Positions 1 through 12,900 of a stretch of 64,000 bases of DNA are shown here, in pieces. The notes below the pieces were generated by a model that was given only the letters and a program-made list of their open reading frames with translations, was not told the origin of the DNA and ran no database searches. Source of the stretch: Octopus vulgaris (Eukaryota); NCBI GenBank assembly GCA_951406725.2, contig OX597816.1, positions 170,748,001 to 170,812,000 of the forward strand, given 5' to 3'. Position 1 is the stretch's first letter. Every line of letters begins with the position of its first letter. The position numbers and the translations under genes are program-made.

Positions 1-468
1 TTCTTCTTCTTCTTCCAATCAGGCCTCATGCCATTAGCCACAAAGAATAAACACTCAGCCGGGGTATTGCGGGATGTGGACTCGATTCCCATGGTTGTTG
101 GTTGACAACTCTTCCCACCTTGTAAGGGTTTATCATCTGCTTGTTTGTATCGTACAGTACACATTTCGACGCTTCTGTGGGTTCATTTATATTCATACAC
201 ACACATACATGCATATATACATACATATATATATATATATATATACTACAAAATTAGAGAATGGAGAAACATACTTAAATCAGTTGCTACACTTATATAA
301 TATAATACACATTTGTACAAAAAAGGAAGGTAAACAGAACAAAATAAAACAAAATATATAACAGTGTATATATTAATGTATATTTTAGAATTTTATGAAC
401 TGTACCACGGATTTAATTATTATTTTTCATCTCCATATGTGTTAGCCTTTTTTTTTTTTTTTTTTTTT

Positions 469-502
<34 letters not shown>

Positions 503-611
503 ATAATTACATATATTACCTTTACCATATAATATAGTATGTATATATATAGAGAGATATACAAATAAATGAAAGAATGGAGTTGAACGACGATTTAACA
601 AAATTCCTTTA

Positions 612-694
612 TTCTCGACATATGTTTCGAAGGCTGCATATTCCTAATTTCGAAGGAATAAGGGGTGCATTATGCCGCCTTCTCATCAGGAAAA
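612..694 (-). ncRNA. Minimal type I hammerhead ribozyme motif (family 1)
   Basis: Minus strand reads TTTTC CTGATGA G-AAGGC-G-GCATA..loop..TATGC-A-GCCTT-C GAAA C-ATAT-G TC GAGAA: intact core, stem II, palindromic stem III (CATATG), GUC site, stem I TTTTC/GAGAA. Confidence 0.75.
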
Positions 695-756
695 ACAAGG
701 AACTTATGTCAACATCAAGATGAACAAAAACTCTTAGATGACTGCCCAAACGGAGT

Positions 757-839
757 TTTTCCTGATGAGAAGGCGGCATATTGCACCCCTTATTCCTTCG
801 AAATTAGGAATATGCAGCCTTCGAAACATATGTCGAGAA
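757..839 (+). ncRNA. Minimal type I hammerhead ribozyme motif (family 1)
   Basis: TTTTC(757) CTGATGA(762-768) GAAGGC-G-GCATATT..26-nt loop..AATATGC-A-GCCTTC GAAA(823-826) CATATG TC GAGAA; predicted cleavage after C834. Confidence 0.78.
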
Positions 840-1195
840 TAAAGGAATTTTGTTAAATCGTCGTTCAACTCCATTCTTTCATTTATTTGTATTAAAAAAA
901 CACACAAATTTCCACACGAAAGCACGTGATCTCTGCCCTTGGCATGTAGCTTCAACCGTATTTTTCTGACGTGAATTTGCTACCCAGGTATCGGTTAACC
1001 GAATTATCCATACTAAGATAATTCATTCAACTACTTAAATATATATATATATATTCAGATAGAGAGAGAGAGAGAGAGAGAGAGTGATGCTATGAGAGGT
1101 AATGGTGTCAGGTAATACTGAGTAAGTGCTATGGATAGACTGAGGAATCCAACGTAGGTCATATATCAGCATGTGTATATATATATATATATATA

Positions 1196-1495
1196 ACTTT
1201 TCAGAATGGGATAAAAATCCAAGGCTGTGAAATATTTTAGAACATTTATAAATAGAAGGTCTTACAGCTGTTTCCATGATATTTTATATATCACTTCATC
1301 GGAGACGGTGTGAGAAGATGGTTAAGCAATAGTTATTTTAGATAAGATATGAAATAGAGAGTGAAGTGGCGGAATGAAAATAGACGTAAGATATGCAGGG
1401 ATATGTCATGTCTTATCTTAACTAACTATTGCTTAACTCTTTATAAATGTTCTAGAATCTTTCACAGCCTTGGATTTTTATCTCATTCTGAAAGT
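1196..1495. repeat. Nested imperfect inverted-repeat module next to a (TA)n tract, containing a hammerhead motif
   Basis: Outer arms ~1196-1252 / ~1440-1495 (TCAGAATGGGATAAAAATCCAAGGCTGTGAAA.. vs ..TTTCACAGCCTTGGATTTTTATCTCATTCTGA); inner arms ~1322-1352 / ~1406-1437. Confidence 0.75.
1259..1306 (-). ncRNA. Minimal type I hammerhead motif, CCGATGA core variant (family 2)
   Basis: Minus strand: GTCT CCGATGA A GTGATAT-ATAAA-ATATCAT G GAAA C-AGCT-G TA AGAC; stem I GTCT/AGAC, palindromic CAGCTG stem III, GUA site; core has C instead of U at position 4. Confidence 0.62.
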
Positions 1496-1573
1496 TTATA
1501 TGTATGACCGCGTGTGTACCGTTGGCGATTTTTTTCCTCCGTCGTCCCTTCTCTGGATCTTTGCTTTTCCTAT

Positions 1574-1608
1574 GTTTCTGACGAAGAGCTCCGCTCGAAA
1601 CGTTAAAC
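1574..1608 (+). ncRNA. Ultra-minimal type I hammerhead motif (family 3)
   Basis: GTTT CTGACGA A GAGC-TCC-GCTC GAAA CG TT AAAC: intact core, 4-bp stem II, loop-less palindromic stem III (AACGTT), stem I GTTT/AAAC. Confidence 0.75.
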
Positions 1609-1702
1609 CCTCCTTCTTCCCTTCCTTCCTGGGCGTCCAATAATACTATATTTGTTCCACGTTGTTGTGTGTTTTCTCTTTGTGTCTTCATGTTTGGATT
1701 AA

Positions 1703-1915
<213 letters not shown>

Positions 1916-2032
1916 TTACATTCATACATATAAACATGCATAAACACATATACATATATATGAGTGTGTATATATATACACATCTATAACAAATGAAAGA
2001 CACAAGATGGAATATACGAAAATATATTATTA

Positions 2033-2136
2033 ATCACAACAATTGTTTCGACACATCTAGCATCGATTCCTCTTGTGGAACACACAAAAACTGCTTAAGG
2101 AGTATCTGGTGAGAAAGACGTATCTCGTCGGGTGAT
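2033..2136 (-). ncRNA. Type I hammerhead motif with long loop 2, CCGACGA core variant (family 4)
   Basis: Minus strand: ATCAC CCGACGA GATACGTCT..long loop..AGATGTGTC GAAA C-AATT-G TT GTGAT; 5-bp stem I, 9-bp stem II, palindromic CAATTG stem III. Confidence 0.62.
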
Positions 2137-2931
2137 GAATAAAAAAAACTCGTTAAAATGACTGTTCCATATTTCAACTTCTCGTTTTGTAGAGAGGAAA
2201 AGAGCCAGACGGAGGAAAATTCTTCATATATACAAAAGATCAAAAAATAAAATTTCAGAAGACAAAAAGAGAAACGAACACTTAATCCAGTGAGAAAGGT
2301 ATTGGAAATATCCGTTAACAGATATGTACGTAGAAACGCCCTCTGGAAAGCTGCATGGCACGAGTACTCACGCTCATAGAAGCATTAGCCAAAATGTGAG
2401 CATGCGCACACGCGAGGTGAGGTGCACTCATGATTACAAAGCGAGTTAGATATTTCGTAGGTGTTTAGAAGAACGGGAAGGCTTAAAGTAAATTTAAGTC
2501 ATCCATACCTTAAAGTAAAATAAAATAAAATTACACTAAGTTAACGGATACTCAAAATTCATTCTCACTGCATTGTACGAAAGTACATTTATGTGCGTGT
2601 AGGCATCTCGATAGTCTTTCAGAAATTCTCTTAAGTATCTTTTCATTAGTCCACGGAATAAACAGGGACTCCTCGGAGCAGACACGGCAATTCCTGGAAA
2701 TTGCACTGTATGGTTTTGCATATCTAACTATGGACCAAATAATGTAGTGTTTCGTATTAGACTCCTTCAGTCGCAATATAAAACTTGTCAAAGATGTCGA
2801 ATGTCTCTCATTGATTGACATAAAGCTGGAAACATGATTACGATAACGATTCTTAAATGAATCAGCTGTCTGCCCAAATTAAACATAGGGCCCTCCCCTT
2901 GTGTGCACGGTAAACTAACGTTTTATTATCC

Positions 2932-3050
<119 letters not shown>

Positions 3051-3749
3051 TATATATTCAATGTATGTGGTTCGGCTTGTTCGCGCCTGGTGTTAAAACA
3101 ACTGAAAGTCCTAGGCAGGTGAGATAACTCGCCCTAAATCCCATTCAGAAATGATGTTTCGCATTTTTGTGGCTTATCAACATCACATACCTAAACCTAA
3201 TAAGAGATGAACTGAATCTCCAGTCTGTGGTTACATACAAATAGCGTAAAAACCATTTGCTGATATGTTACGACGATCAATACATGAGAATAAATTCAAA
3301 TATGAATTAAGGGCAGCGCTAATATTGTAAACATTATCGACCACACGTAGGCAATGCATGCGGTTATCTTTTTTCACCGACAGGCTGCTGCAGGTCAACT
3401 CGCTGGGAAAGGGTCTCTCAAAGGGCCTAGTGTTGAAACACCTGAAACTCATGGCCTGGAGCGATGAACATTGATTTTTCTCCACTTTTGTGGGTTATCA
3501 TTATCACGTACATGAACCGAGTCAGAGGTGAACTGAATCGCCGATATGCTGCTTCAAAGCTTTTGTCAACAATCCTATTTACATCATAATAGTTAACAGG
3601 ATACTATCAACTATCAAAGAAACTGTTGCAGAAAATACTGTGCTGTGAGATCAAACTTTGAACAACATCATCCCAAAGTGAGTTTCTGTAACATTTGCTT
3701 TTTATAAAATCTCACAATCAAATTGGTACAGCGGTATTCCCTTTGCTTC

Positions 3750-3988
3750 GAGCTGGCATGCGGCGAGCTGGCAGAAACGTTAACACGCCGGGCGAAATGC
3801 TTAGCGGTATTTCGTCTGCGTTACGTTATGAGTTCAAATACCGCCGAGGTCGACTTTGCCTTTCATCCTTTCGGGGTCGATAAATTAAGTACCAGTTACG
3901 CACTGGAGTCGATGTAATCGACTTAATACCTATGTATGTCCTTGTTTGTCCCCTCTGTGTTTAGCCCCTTGTGGGTAATAAAGAAATA
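3750..3988 (+). mobile_element. tRNA-headed Meta-domain-type SINE (family C) with 17-bp TSD
   Basis: GGCGAGCTGGCAGAAACG head, GAGTTCAAAT B-box, GCCTTTCATCCTTTCGGGGTCGATAAATTAAGTACCAG central domain; TSD GGTATTCCCTTTGCTTC at 3733-3749 and 3989-4005. Confidence 0.85.
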
Positions 3989-5208
3989 GGTATTCCCTTT
4001 GCTTCCTCTGGGTGACACCTATGAGGTCAAGAGAGAGGCCATGTTGCTATAAATGCAACAGTGATTCCCTTCATACATAGCAAAGGTACTTCTATATTAC
4101 AAAGCTTAACGGGGAGTCTTCAGACTCACCTGTTCGCTGTACAATATAGTAACCTAATCGATAAGAAATACTCATTTGCATTAGTTTATTGTTTTGCCAG
4201 ATAGTCCTTCACTTTAAACTAGTCTGACAGAAAAATTCAACAAGGTCACAATCACATTTAAAAGCTGTTTTATTTTTATTTCTCTGCGCTCTCTCTCTAT
4301 ATATATACATATATTGAGGCTGTCAGTATTGATTGGGTATACTGAACACGGAGAAATACAATGAAGCTGGAACGGGCAACCTTAGAGAGTAACTACTTAA
4401 CACCGGTCAATAAACTGGTCAATAATTCTAGCCACAAGTTACGTTTATATATAAACCAGTCACAATGTCAATGGTATTGTTTGCCATTTCATCATCAACA
4501 GCCTGCTATTTGCTCCTGACTAACTACCATCTTCTCTTCTAGCACTACCACTCCCGTTACCCTTTCAACATAAACATCATCATCATCATCATCATAAGGT
4601 TGATCATTGTCGTCGACCTCTTCCCCTTCCTCATCATTATCATCGTTATCATCACAATTACCATGATCTGTATTATCCTTATATCCAGTAACAAGATCCG
4701 TGGAGCCTCATCTAAGATGCTTTGAATGTTTTTATTGTTTATCCCTAAGGTGTTCCCCCCTTCACCATCCTATTTTGTACTCTGAAACCAGTAAGATAAA
4801 GATGGCATTATCGAATGTTTTCTATATTTAAAACAGTGCAGTGTGATTTGATAGTGAAGATTGGGCTGCTATTTCCATAAGACATTATGTTTTCAGGTTT
4901 GTTTCTAGTACAAATTATCCATTGAAGCATTGTGTATTTTAACTGCTTCCTGTGAACTAACGATATTTTTACATTTATCAAGCGTTATTTGTTCTATCTG
5001 AACGTTGCTAGCAACATATCTCCACCTACCAGCATTTACTAATAGATACCGAGTTATTCACTCAGTTTTCTTTCTTCTGAATTATCATTTATTCTTTCAT
5101 TTCTACTGGTTTCAGTCATTGGACTACGGCCATAATGAAACAATACCTTCGAAGCTTTTAGTTAAACAGATCAATCATTGAAGTTATTTTAGTCTTCTAC
5201 TAATATCA

Positions 5209-5590
5209 GGCGCGGGTGTATGGTAAGAAGTTCGCCTCCCAACTACATGGATCTGGGTTCAGTAGCACTGCATGGACAAGTGTCTTCTACTGCAGCCCCG
5301 GCCCTACCAAGGCTTGTCAGTGGAGTTGGTAGATGGAAACTGAAATGTGTGTGTGCGCGCGTGTGTGTACCTATATGTGTGTCTTTGTGTTTTATCTCAC
5401 TTCACAGCTTCACAACCGGCATGGGTTTGTTTTCGGTCCCAGAAATATTGCGGTTTGCCTAAAGAAACCGATAGAATACGTATCACGCTTAAAAAAGCAT
5501 AAGTGCTGCAGTTGACTTGTTCGACTAAATTCTTTGAGGCGGTATCCCAGGATGGTCGCTGTTCAATGATTAAAACACGTGAAAGATAAA
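5209..5590 (+). mobile_element. Diverged CORE-type SINE (family B)
   Basis: Colinear similarity to 26557-26965 (GGTAAGAAG..GGGTTCAG..CAAGTGTCTTCTAC..CCGATAGAATA..TCGACTAAA..GCGGT..CCAG). Confidence 0.7.
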
Positions 5591-6311
5591 ACATTTGAAA
5601 TATATTTATTTGTCTAGCTTTAAAGTATTGTAAACAACCACAGCTCTTTAGACCAGGGCGTAAGCACAAACATGCATACACACACATATATAAGAGAAAG
5701 AGAGACAGACAGACAGACTGACAGACAAACAGACAGACAGACTGACAGACAGAGAGACAAACTGACAGATAGACAGACAGACAGACAGACAGGAAGACAG
5801 TGTGTGTGTGTGTGTGTGTGTGTGTCCCCGTATAATGGATCTACGGTCGGTTTCAAGAGGGAATACTCAGTTGTTCGATCAACACCTAAAATCGACATAA
5901 ATGTGGCTGAGGGTGCCACAGACACTCGTACCAGTACCATTAAAGTGATTACCAGGCTGTATCTATGAAAGATATATGATAGAGCTAGACGGTGTAATCC
6001 ATGCAGTTACATCCTATCCAGTTTGTCTCACAAGGCTTGGATATAGTCAGCGGACTGTAAACATACAGACAGGGTAACACGTTTTCGAATCAAACCCGGA
6101 GTCTTACGATTTTGAAGTGACCTTGTTAGCCACTCGGTTCTTCCTACATCTGTGTTCTTAGTTTGCTACTGTGGTGCATCCCGCGTATCAGTGAGGTTAT
6201 TTGCATGCTGTTCAACCTCCTGCCTTGATCTTTCAATGCTGAAACATAGGACCCCACCCCAACCCTGTACTTAGCCACTCCAGAAACTATTTCTCGTTAA
6301 TATATTTATTA

Positions 6312-6584
6312 ATCACCGTGACCGAACAGGCTATCAGGCTTCGCATTGTTTTAGCCTTCAAATGACGCCACCACGCTGGCTAAGCGAGCAGGCCAACAGA
6401 ATAAAGAGTGAGAGAAAGTTGTGGCAAAAGAGTACAGTAGGGATCGCCACCACCCCTTGAAGGAACCTCGTGGAGTTTTAGGTGTTTTCACTCAGTAAAC
6501 ACTCACAACGCCCGGTCTGGGAATCGAAACCGCGATCCTACGACCGCGAGTCCGCTGCCCTAACCACTGGGCCATTGCGCCTCC
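6312..6584 (-). mobile_element. tRNA-headed SINE family A, tail type 1
   Basis: Reverse complement of GGAGGCGCAATGGCCCAGTGGTTAGGGCAGCGG..GGTTTCGATTCCCAGACC head; ends GGTCACGGTGAT. Confidence 0.85.
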
Positions 6585-7361
6585 ATATCTTTAGTAATAA
6601 TGTACGGTAATTAGTGCCCTTACTTAAGATGAACCTACAAAGGTCTCGGTGTTCTTCGCCGCATATGTGGCTTGTAGGCAACTGGAACAAGATCACAACT
6701 TAATAGCTAAACTGAGAACCTCAATTATGAACCTAATTCTCTTCTTGCTTTCTGAGAGATGGAAATAGTTTATCCCTAGTTTATCTTAGATGGAAAACTA
6801 AGACAAACAAAGCCTGACACAAACATTTGAATACTCCTGTAAGCATTAAAATGCACAAATTCAACATTTGCTTTTTATAAAATCTCACAATCAAATTGGT
6901 ACAGCGGTATTCCCTTTGCTTCCTCTGGATGACACCGATGAGGTCAAGAGAGAGGTCATGACGAATAAGTAAGCAATAATCCTCATAGAATCTCACGCGT
7001 TCTTCATACCCTTTCTCAATCACTTTCGCATTTTTTCTCACTCCCCCTCTCTCTCTCTCTGTTTCTCTTACTATGGTCTCCACGCTGATATGGCTTCATT
7101 CTTACGGAAGAATGGAACACGGGAGGCAACAATTACGTGTTTTAATATCCGTCTCAATTGGCATAAAGAAGTACGCTACGGACTTTTTCAGTCGATAGGA
7201 GAAGTCATTGAGCCACCACCACCCACCTCTCGTCAGCAACTGCACAAAGTAAGGCAATGCTTCGCACAGTCTGCCTGCTTCTTTGAAGCTTAAATGTCTG
7301 TGCATCCAGGAAAGAATGAATTCAAAATTAATGCAAATATGAACTCCGTTTCAATATGATT

Positions 7362-7872
7362 TCATCATCATTGTTCGACCTTGGTCGAGACAATGGAATT
7401 TACCATGCTACGCCAGACTTCTCGGTCCATCACGGCATTACGGAGGTCCTGTTGCTGGATGCCTGTATCCCTGGAGTTTACATCAGGGTAGGAGGGTGTG
7501 CGCCCTCTGGTATTGCGAGTAGATGGCTTCCAGAGGAGAAGAATAGAAATTACCTCTTTTTCAGCTCTACAACAATGTCCAGCAAACTGGACTCTCTTAC
7601 CTTTCACAAGAGATGACACAATTGGTAGTTTCCCATATATTTGCATTTTGGTTGGATGGCACCTCCACGAGAGATTTTGAGCTCTCATAAGGAGGCGAGT
7701 GTAGGTTCCACCCAACCGCCTCTCAAGCTTCTTTGATAACGTCCAGGTTTCTGAGCCATATAGTAGAATTGGTTCGACTGTGGCTTTGAAGATTTCAAGT
7801 TTGAAGTCTCTACTTAGATTTGATGACCAGATCTTATGCATGTCATTACAGGCTGACCAGGCCATACCCTTT
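7362..7872 (-). mobile_element. 5'-truncated RTE-type LINE, 3' end of RT ORF with (TGA)n tail
   Basis: ORF 7368-7865 contains KATVEPILLYGSETWTL..RL.GTYTRLLMRAQNLSW..FAGHC, typical of the non-LTR RT C-terminus; ends ..GAACAATGATGA; second copy at 49124-49862. Confidence 0.85.
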
Positions 7873-8638
7873 TATACAATATTATTTACTGCATTACATG
7901 CTCAAAATGTTATAGATGGGATCGAACAATAATGGAAAATACTTGCCGAAGGTGACACGCAGTGGGACTGAACCTGGAACCGTGTGATTATGAAGCAATC
8001 ATCTTACCGTATAACCACGTCTGCGCCAATTAATTTTTTAAGGCGGAAGATATGAAACAAAATTTTGCGAACAAAATTTAGACGTTTTCTGCATGTGTAC
8101 TAGCGTATGTACGTATGTATGTGTGTGACTATGATCACTTATGTTATCCTAGCATACGCACATGCACACACACAAACACACACACACACACAAATACAAA
8201 CACACACTCACACACATACACACACATCTACCCAAGCATTCATAGACGTTTATGAGACTGTAGGTGTGTGTGCACGCGTTCATCTAATTGGTTCCCTTTA
8301 TTTCCCATATCCTGAGAGCCAGCTTTCCTTTCCCTAAATGCACTGGAAGATCTCTTTTTATTTACTGATAAATGCTTAATGTCATATACTATAACCTCAA
8401 GACTCTTTCTATCTGTTGAAAGATGTGCTTCCTACTAACAATTTGTGGCATCTTCCGTTATTGTAAGTAGCTTTATTTTAGCGTGTTTCACTGAAGAAAT
8501 AGGTTTCCGTTAGATCAAAGCTTAGAGATTTGGATAATCCAGATTTTATGTAGATCAAATGATTGAGAAACTATAACATCTATCATCGAAATTCACTGAC
8601 ATGCAAACAAGATACCTGCCTCTATGTATATGTATATG

Positions 8639-8670
<32 letters not shown>

Positions 8671-8887
8671 TGTATGTATGTATGTATGTATGTATATATA
8701 TATATATATAAACAAATCAAATTGCGATAAAATAAAAATAATTATAATCGCTGGTATTACTAACACAAGCCATATATTTTCCATATATCAGTACATTAAG
8801 GCGAAATATGTGCTAGGAATACAGAAGCTTGATAAATTAAGTGAAATGAAGATAAAAACATTTACTAAACCGGTCTATATATATATA

Positions 8888-9176
8888 GACGCAATGGCCC
8901 AGTGGTTAGGGCAGCGGTCTCGCGGTTGTAGGATCGCGGTTCGATTCCCAGACCGGGCGTTGTGAGTGTTTATTGCGCGAAAACACCTAAAGCTTCACGA
9001 GGCTCCGGCAGGGAGTGGTGGCGATCCCTGCTGTACTCTTTCGCCACAACTTTCTCTCACTCTTTCTTCTGTTGGCCTGCTCGCTTAGACAGCGAGGTGG
9101 CTTCATTTGAAGGCATTGTGACCAGCGATGTGTAGCAATATCTGATAGCCTGGTCGGTCACGGTGATCACGGTGAT
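8888..9176 (+). mobile_element. tRNA-headed SINE family A, tail type 1, inserted in (TA)n
   Basis: A-box/B-box head as in other family A copies; ends (CACGGTGAT)2. Confidence 0.85.
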
Positions 9177-9793
9177 ATATACATTCAAATATATAAGGAA
9201 TGGCCATAATAGGACATTCTACTCACTAGAAAGAGCAGCCAAACTCCAAACCACTAATAGTTGTAATTCCGAAATGGAAAGAAATAAAATCGTTTATCAT
9301 TTCCCTCTCTGGACTATGCATGGTTTCGGCGTACTTTAGTAAATAAATTAATTTAATTAAATTCATTTACAACTGGCTCAACTCGATTCATCTCTATTCG
9401 ATGAAAGACACCTGTTGTTATTTTCTTGTTTGTATTTTGTAATTGTGTAAAACTTTCTCCGTTTGGGTTTTTTTCCCCATTTTCTTTTGTCTTTGTTGTC
9501 GTACACATTCGCTTGCTTTCTCCCAGGATCAGCCAGAGTTGAACAGTCTCAAGGACTAAACGAGGCAATAATAAGCGTGCCTCGAATCTATATGCCATAA
9601 ATTTTCAAAATTCACCACACTCACGCGGTTATCTCAGCAGCAAATATAAACATAGTCCAGAGAGGGAAATGGTAAACGTTTTTATTTCTTTCCATTTCGG
9701 AATTACAACTATTAGTGGTTTGGAGTTTGGCTGCTCTATCTAGTGAGTTGAATGTCCTATTATGGCCATTTCTTTATATATTTGAATGTATAT
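9177..9793. repeat. Long inverted repeat, ~140-bp arms (9177-9318, 9651-9793) around ~330-bp spacer
   Basis: ACATTCAAATATATAAGGAATGGCCATAATAGGACATTC..GGACTATG versus CATAGTCC..GAATGTCCTATTATGGCCATTTCTTTATATATTTGAATGT, few mismatches. Confidence 0.85.
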
Positions 9794-9888
9794 TATATAG
9801 TCTATTGATTATCTTTTCTCTCTCACTTGACCGCTGGTAGCGGAGAATTTTTCTAGAATTTTTTGCTACCCTTAAATTTATTGATTAA

Positions 9889-9930
<42 letters not shown>

Positions 9931-9950
9931 CTTTCACTCTACATACGCCA

Positions 9951-10128
9951 GCTCAACTCGATTCATCTCTATTCGATGAAAGACACCTGTTGTTATTTTC
10001 TTGTTTGTATTTTGTAATTGTGTAAAACTTTCTCCGTTTGGGTTTTTTTCCCCATTTTCTTTTGTCTTTGTTGTCGTACACATTCGCTTGCTTTCTCCCA
10101 GGATCAGCCAGAGTTGAACAGTCTCAAG
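9951..10128 (+). repeat. 178-bp direct duplicate of 9376-9553
   Basis: Apparently identical sequence GCTCAACTCGATTCATC..GAACAGTCTCAAG; the ORF track shows the same peptide twice. Confidence 0.9.
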
Positions 10129-10358
10129 TGTAACCGGCCGCGAATGACCTGACCCGTCTTTGTTTTTTCCTGTCCGTCTTTGTATCGTCCATCTGCCCGG
10201 ATGTTTTATTGTCGTTTGTTGCGCTCTTGTTCCATTTTGGGATTTACATAAAAATAAAGCGGCGTACGTACACATTTGCTCCCCACAACCCCCCCCCCAC
10301 ACACACACACATACATACATACATACATACATACATACATACATACATACACACACAC

Positions 10359-10397
<39 letters not shown>

Positions 10398-10808
10398 TAT
10401 ATATATATGGGTGTGTGGTATAAAGCTTGCTTCCCAACCACATGTTTCCGGGTTCAGTCTCACTGACAAGTGTGTTTTGCTATAGCCTCAGGCCTATCAA
10501 GGCCTTCTGAGTGGATTTGATAGGCGGAAACTGAGAGAAGCCTACACTGATTTTAATACGGACATACAACCTCGCTAGTACATATATGTATCTATATATT
10601 TATATATTTTTATATTATATCATGTATACATGAGTGAACCTATGTATGTTCCGAAGGATTTCGTTACTTTGAAATATATTGAGTGAATATGAACACAGAC
10701 CTTGGAATTTGTTCTCTCTTTCTTGGCTTTTCCATTCCTTGGTTCTGTTAGAGTGCTAATTAGTTGTATATGTACATAAGTATGTATGTATGTCTACATA
10801 TGCATATA

Positions 10809-10868
<60 letters not shown>

Positions 10869-10870
<2 letters not shown>

Positions 10871-11095
10871 GGAGTAAACACATAAATGTGAAACAAGGTG
10901 GAAAAAGAGTACTCAAATACCAGTGGTAGAGTAATGTGCTTTATTTAAAGCAGCAGAAAATTCAACAAAACGTGTTACTCTGAGTTTCCTGTTGCCGTTC
11001 ATCGGACAGTTTTTTCTAGCAAAAACTGTTCGATGAACGGCAACCGGAAACTCAGAGTAACAGGTTTTGTTGAATTTTCTGCTGCTTTAAATAAA

Positions 11096-11096
<1 letters not shown>
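10869..11096. mobile_element. ~228-bp (TA)n-embedded palindromic module with two back-to-back hammerhead motifs (family 5, copy 1)
   Basis: Unique leader CCGGAGTAAACAC.. then palindrome 10939-11096; minus motif 10973-11009 (core CCGATGA), plus motif 11026-11063 (core TCGATGA, degenerate); long (TA)n on both sides; second copy at 21286-21510. Confidence 0.8.
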
Positions 11097-11167
<71 letters not shown>

Positions 11168-11180
11168 ATATATATGTATG

Positions 11181-11260
<80 letters not shown>

Positions 11261-11299
11261 CATGTATGTATGTATGTATACATTTGTGCGCGTGTGTGA

Positions 11300-11507
11300 G
11301 TGTTTTGTATCTGTGTTTGTACCTTGCTGCTAGACATTTGATGTTGGTGTGTTTACGTCTCTGTGACTTAGCAGTTCTGTAAAGAAGACCCATAGAATAA
11401 ATACCAGGCTCACAAAGAATAAACCCTGAGGTGCATTTCTTCGACTAAAAGAACCCTTAAGGCGGTGCGCCAGCATAACCGCAGTCAACTGACTGTAACA
11501 AGTAAAA
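11300..11507 (+). mobile_element. 3' half of SINE family B (diverged)
   Basis: GGTGTGTTTACGTC..ATAGAATAA..TCGACTAAAA..GGCGGTGCGCCAGCAT..GCAGTCAACTGACTG matches family B tail. Confidence 0.65.
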
Positions 11508-11712
11508 AAATATATATATGGTCCCCTATATGTGTGTGTGTGTGTCTGTTTGTGCGTGTGCGTGATTTGATTTGATCTAGTTACAATTCATGAGCTGTGG
11601 TCACAGTTGTGTATAAGTATATATATATATATGTATAGAGAGAGAGAGAGGGTGTATGTGGTTGTGTATAAAATATACGCACACACACACAAATACACAC
11701 ACACACATGTGT

Positions 11713-11751
<39 letters not shown>

Positions 11752-11890
11752 CTCGAATGCTTTTCACGGTGGTGCGCCAGCATGACCATAGTCCAATGGC
11801 TACGACTATTAAAAAGATAAAAGTTTAAAGATGTATATATATATAGATAGATACCAATATATATATATATGTGTGTATGTGTGTGTGTGT

Positions 11891-11986
<96 letters not shown>

Positions 11987-12067
11987 GCACTTAAGCATAG
12001 TGACACTAATAACCTGTTGTGTTAGAATTCAATATACATATGCTGCTTCAGAATAATGTGTTATATA

Positions 12068-12669
12068 CGTACATACATACATTCATACATACATACATAC
12101 ATTCATACATACATACATATATACATACATACATACATACACATACATACATACAATGATACATACATTCATACATACATACATTCATACATACATACAT
12201 ACATGCATACATACATTCATACATACATACATACATGCATACATACATACATACATACATACATGCATACATACATTCATACATACATACATGCATACAT
12301 ACATACATGCATACATACATACATACATACATACAATGATACATACATTCATACATACATACATTCATACATACATACATGCATACATACATACATGCAT
12401 ACATACATACATGCATACATTCATACATACATTCATACATACATACATACATTCATACATACATACATTCATACATACATACATGCATACATACATACAT
12501 GCATACATACATTCATACATACATACATACATACATACATTCATACATTCATACATACATACATAGATACATACATACATACATTCATACATACATACAT
12601 GCATACATACATGCATACATACATTCATACATACATACATACATTCATACATACATACATGCATACATT

Positions 12670-12703
<34 letters not shown>

Positions 12704-12867
12704 CATACATTCATACATACATTCATACATACATGCATACATACATGCATACATTCATACATACATACATACATACATGCATGCATTCATACATACATAC
12801 ATACATACCTGCATACATACATACATACATACATACATACATACATACATACATACATGCATACATT

Positions 12868-12898
<31 letters not shown>

Positions 12899-12900
12899 GC
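12068..12900. repeat. ~830-bp (TACA)n satellite with TTCA/TGCA variants
   Basis: Direct reading; source of the HTYI/MYVC pseudo-ORFs. Confidence 0.97.

Larger units (their letters stand above)
559..892. repeat. Fold-back element: 138-bp inverted arms (559-696, 755-892) with 58-bp spacer, each arm carrying a hammerhead motif; probable Penelope-like pLTR remnant
   Basis: Arms are reverse complements with one mismatch by eye; preceded by TA-rich microsatellite; a homologous single arm lies at 43068-43255. Confidence 0.85.

Noticed and set aside
3231-3485. Minus-strand 84-aa ORF as the next TMTC exon
   Set aside because: Lacks the expected TMTC continuation (N..H..N..LH, LFAVHPIHTE).
6930-6970. 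CCGATGA-G-GTCA..TGAC-GAAT hammerhead-like string
   Set aside because: GAAT rather than GAAA, no stems I or III, and not kept in the paralogous copy near 4020.
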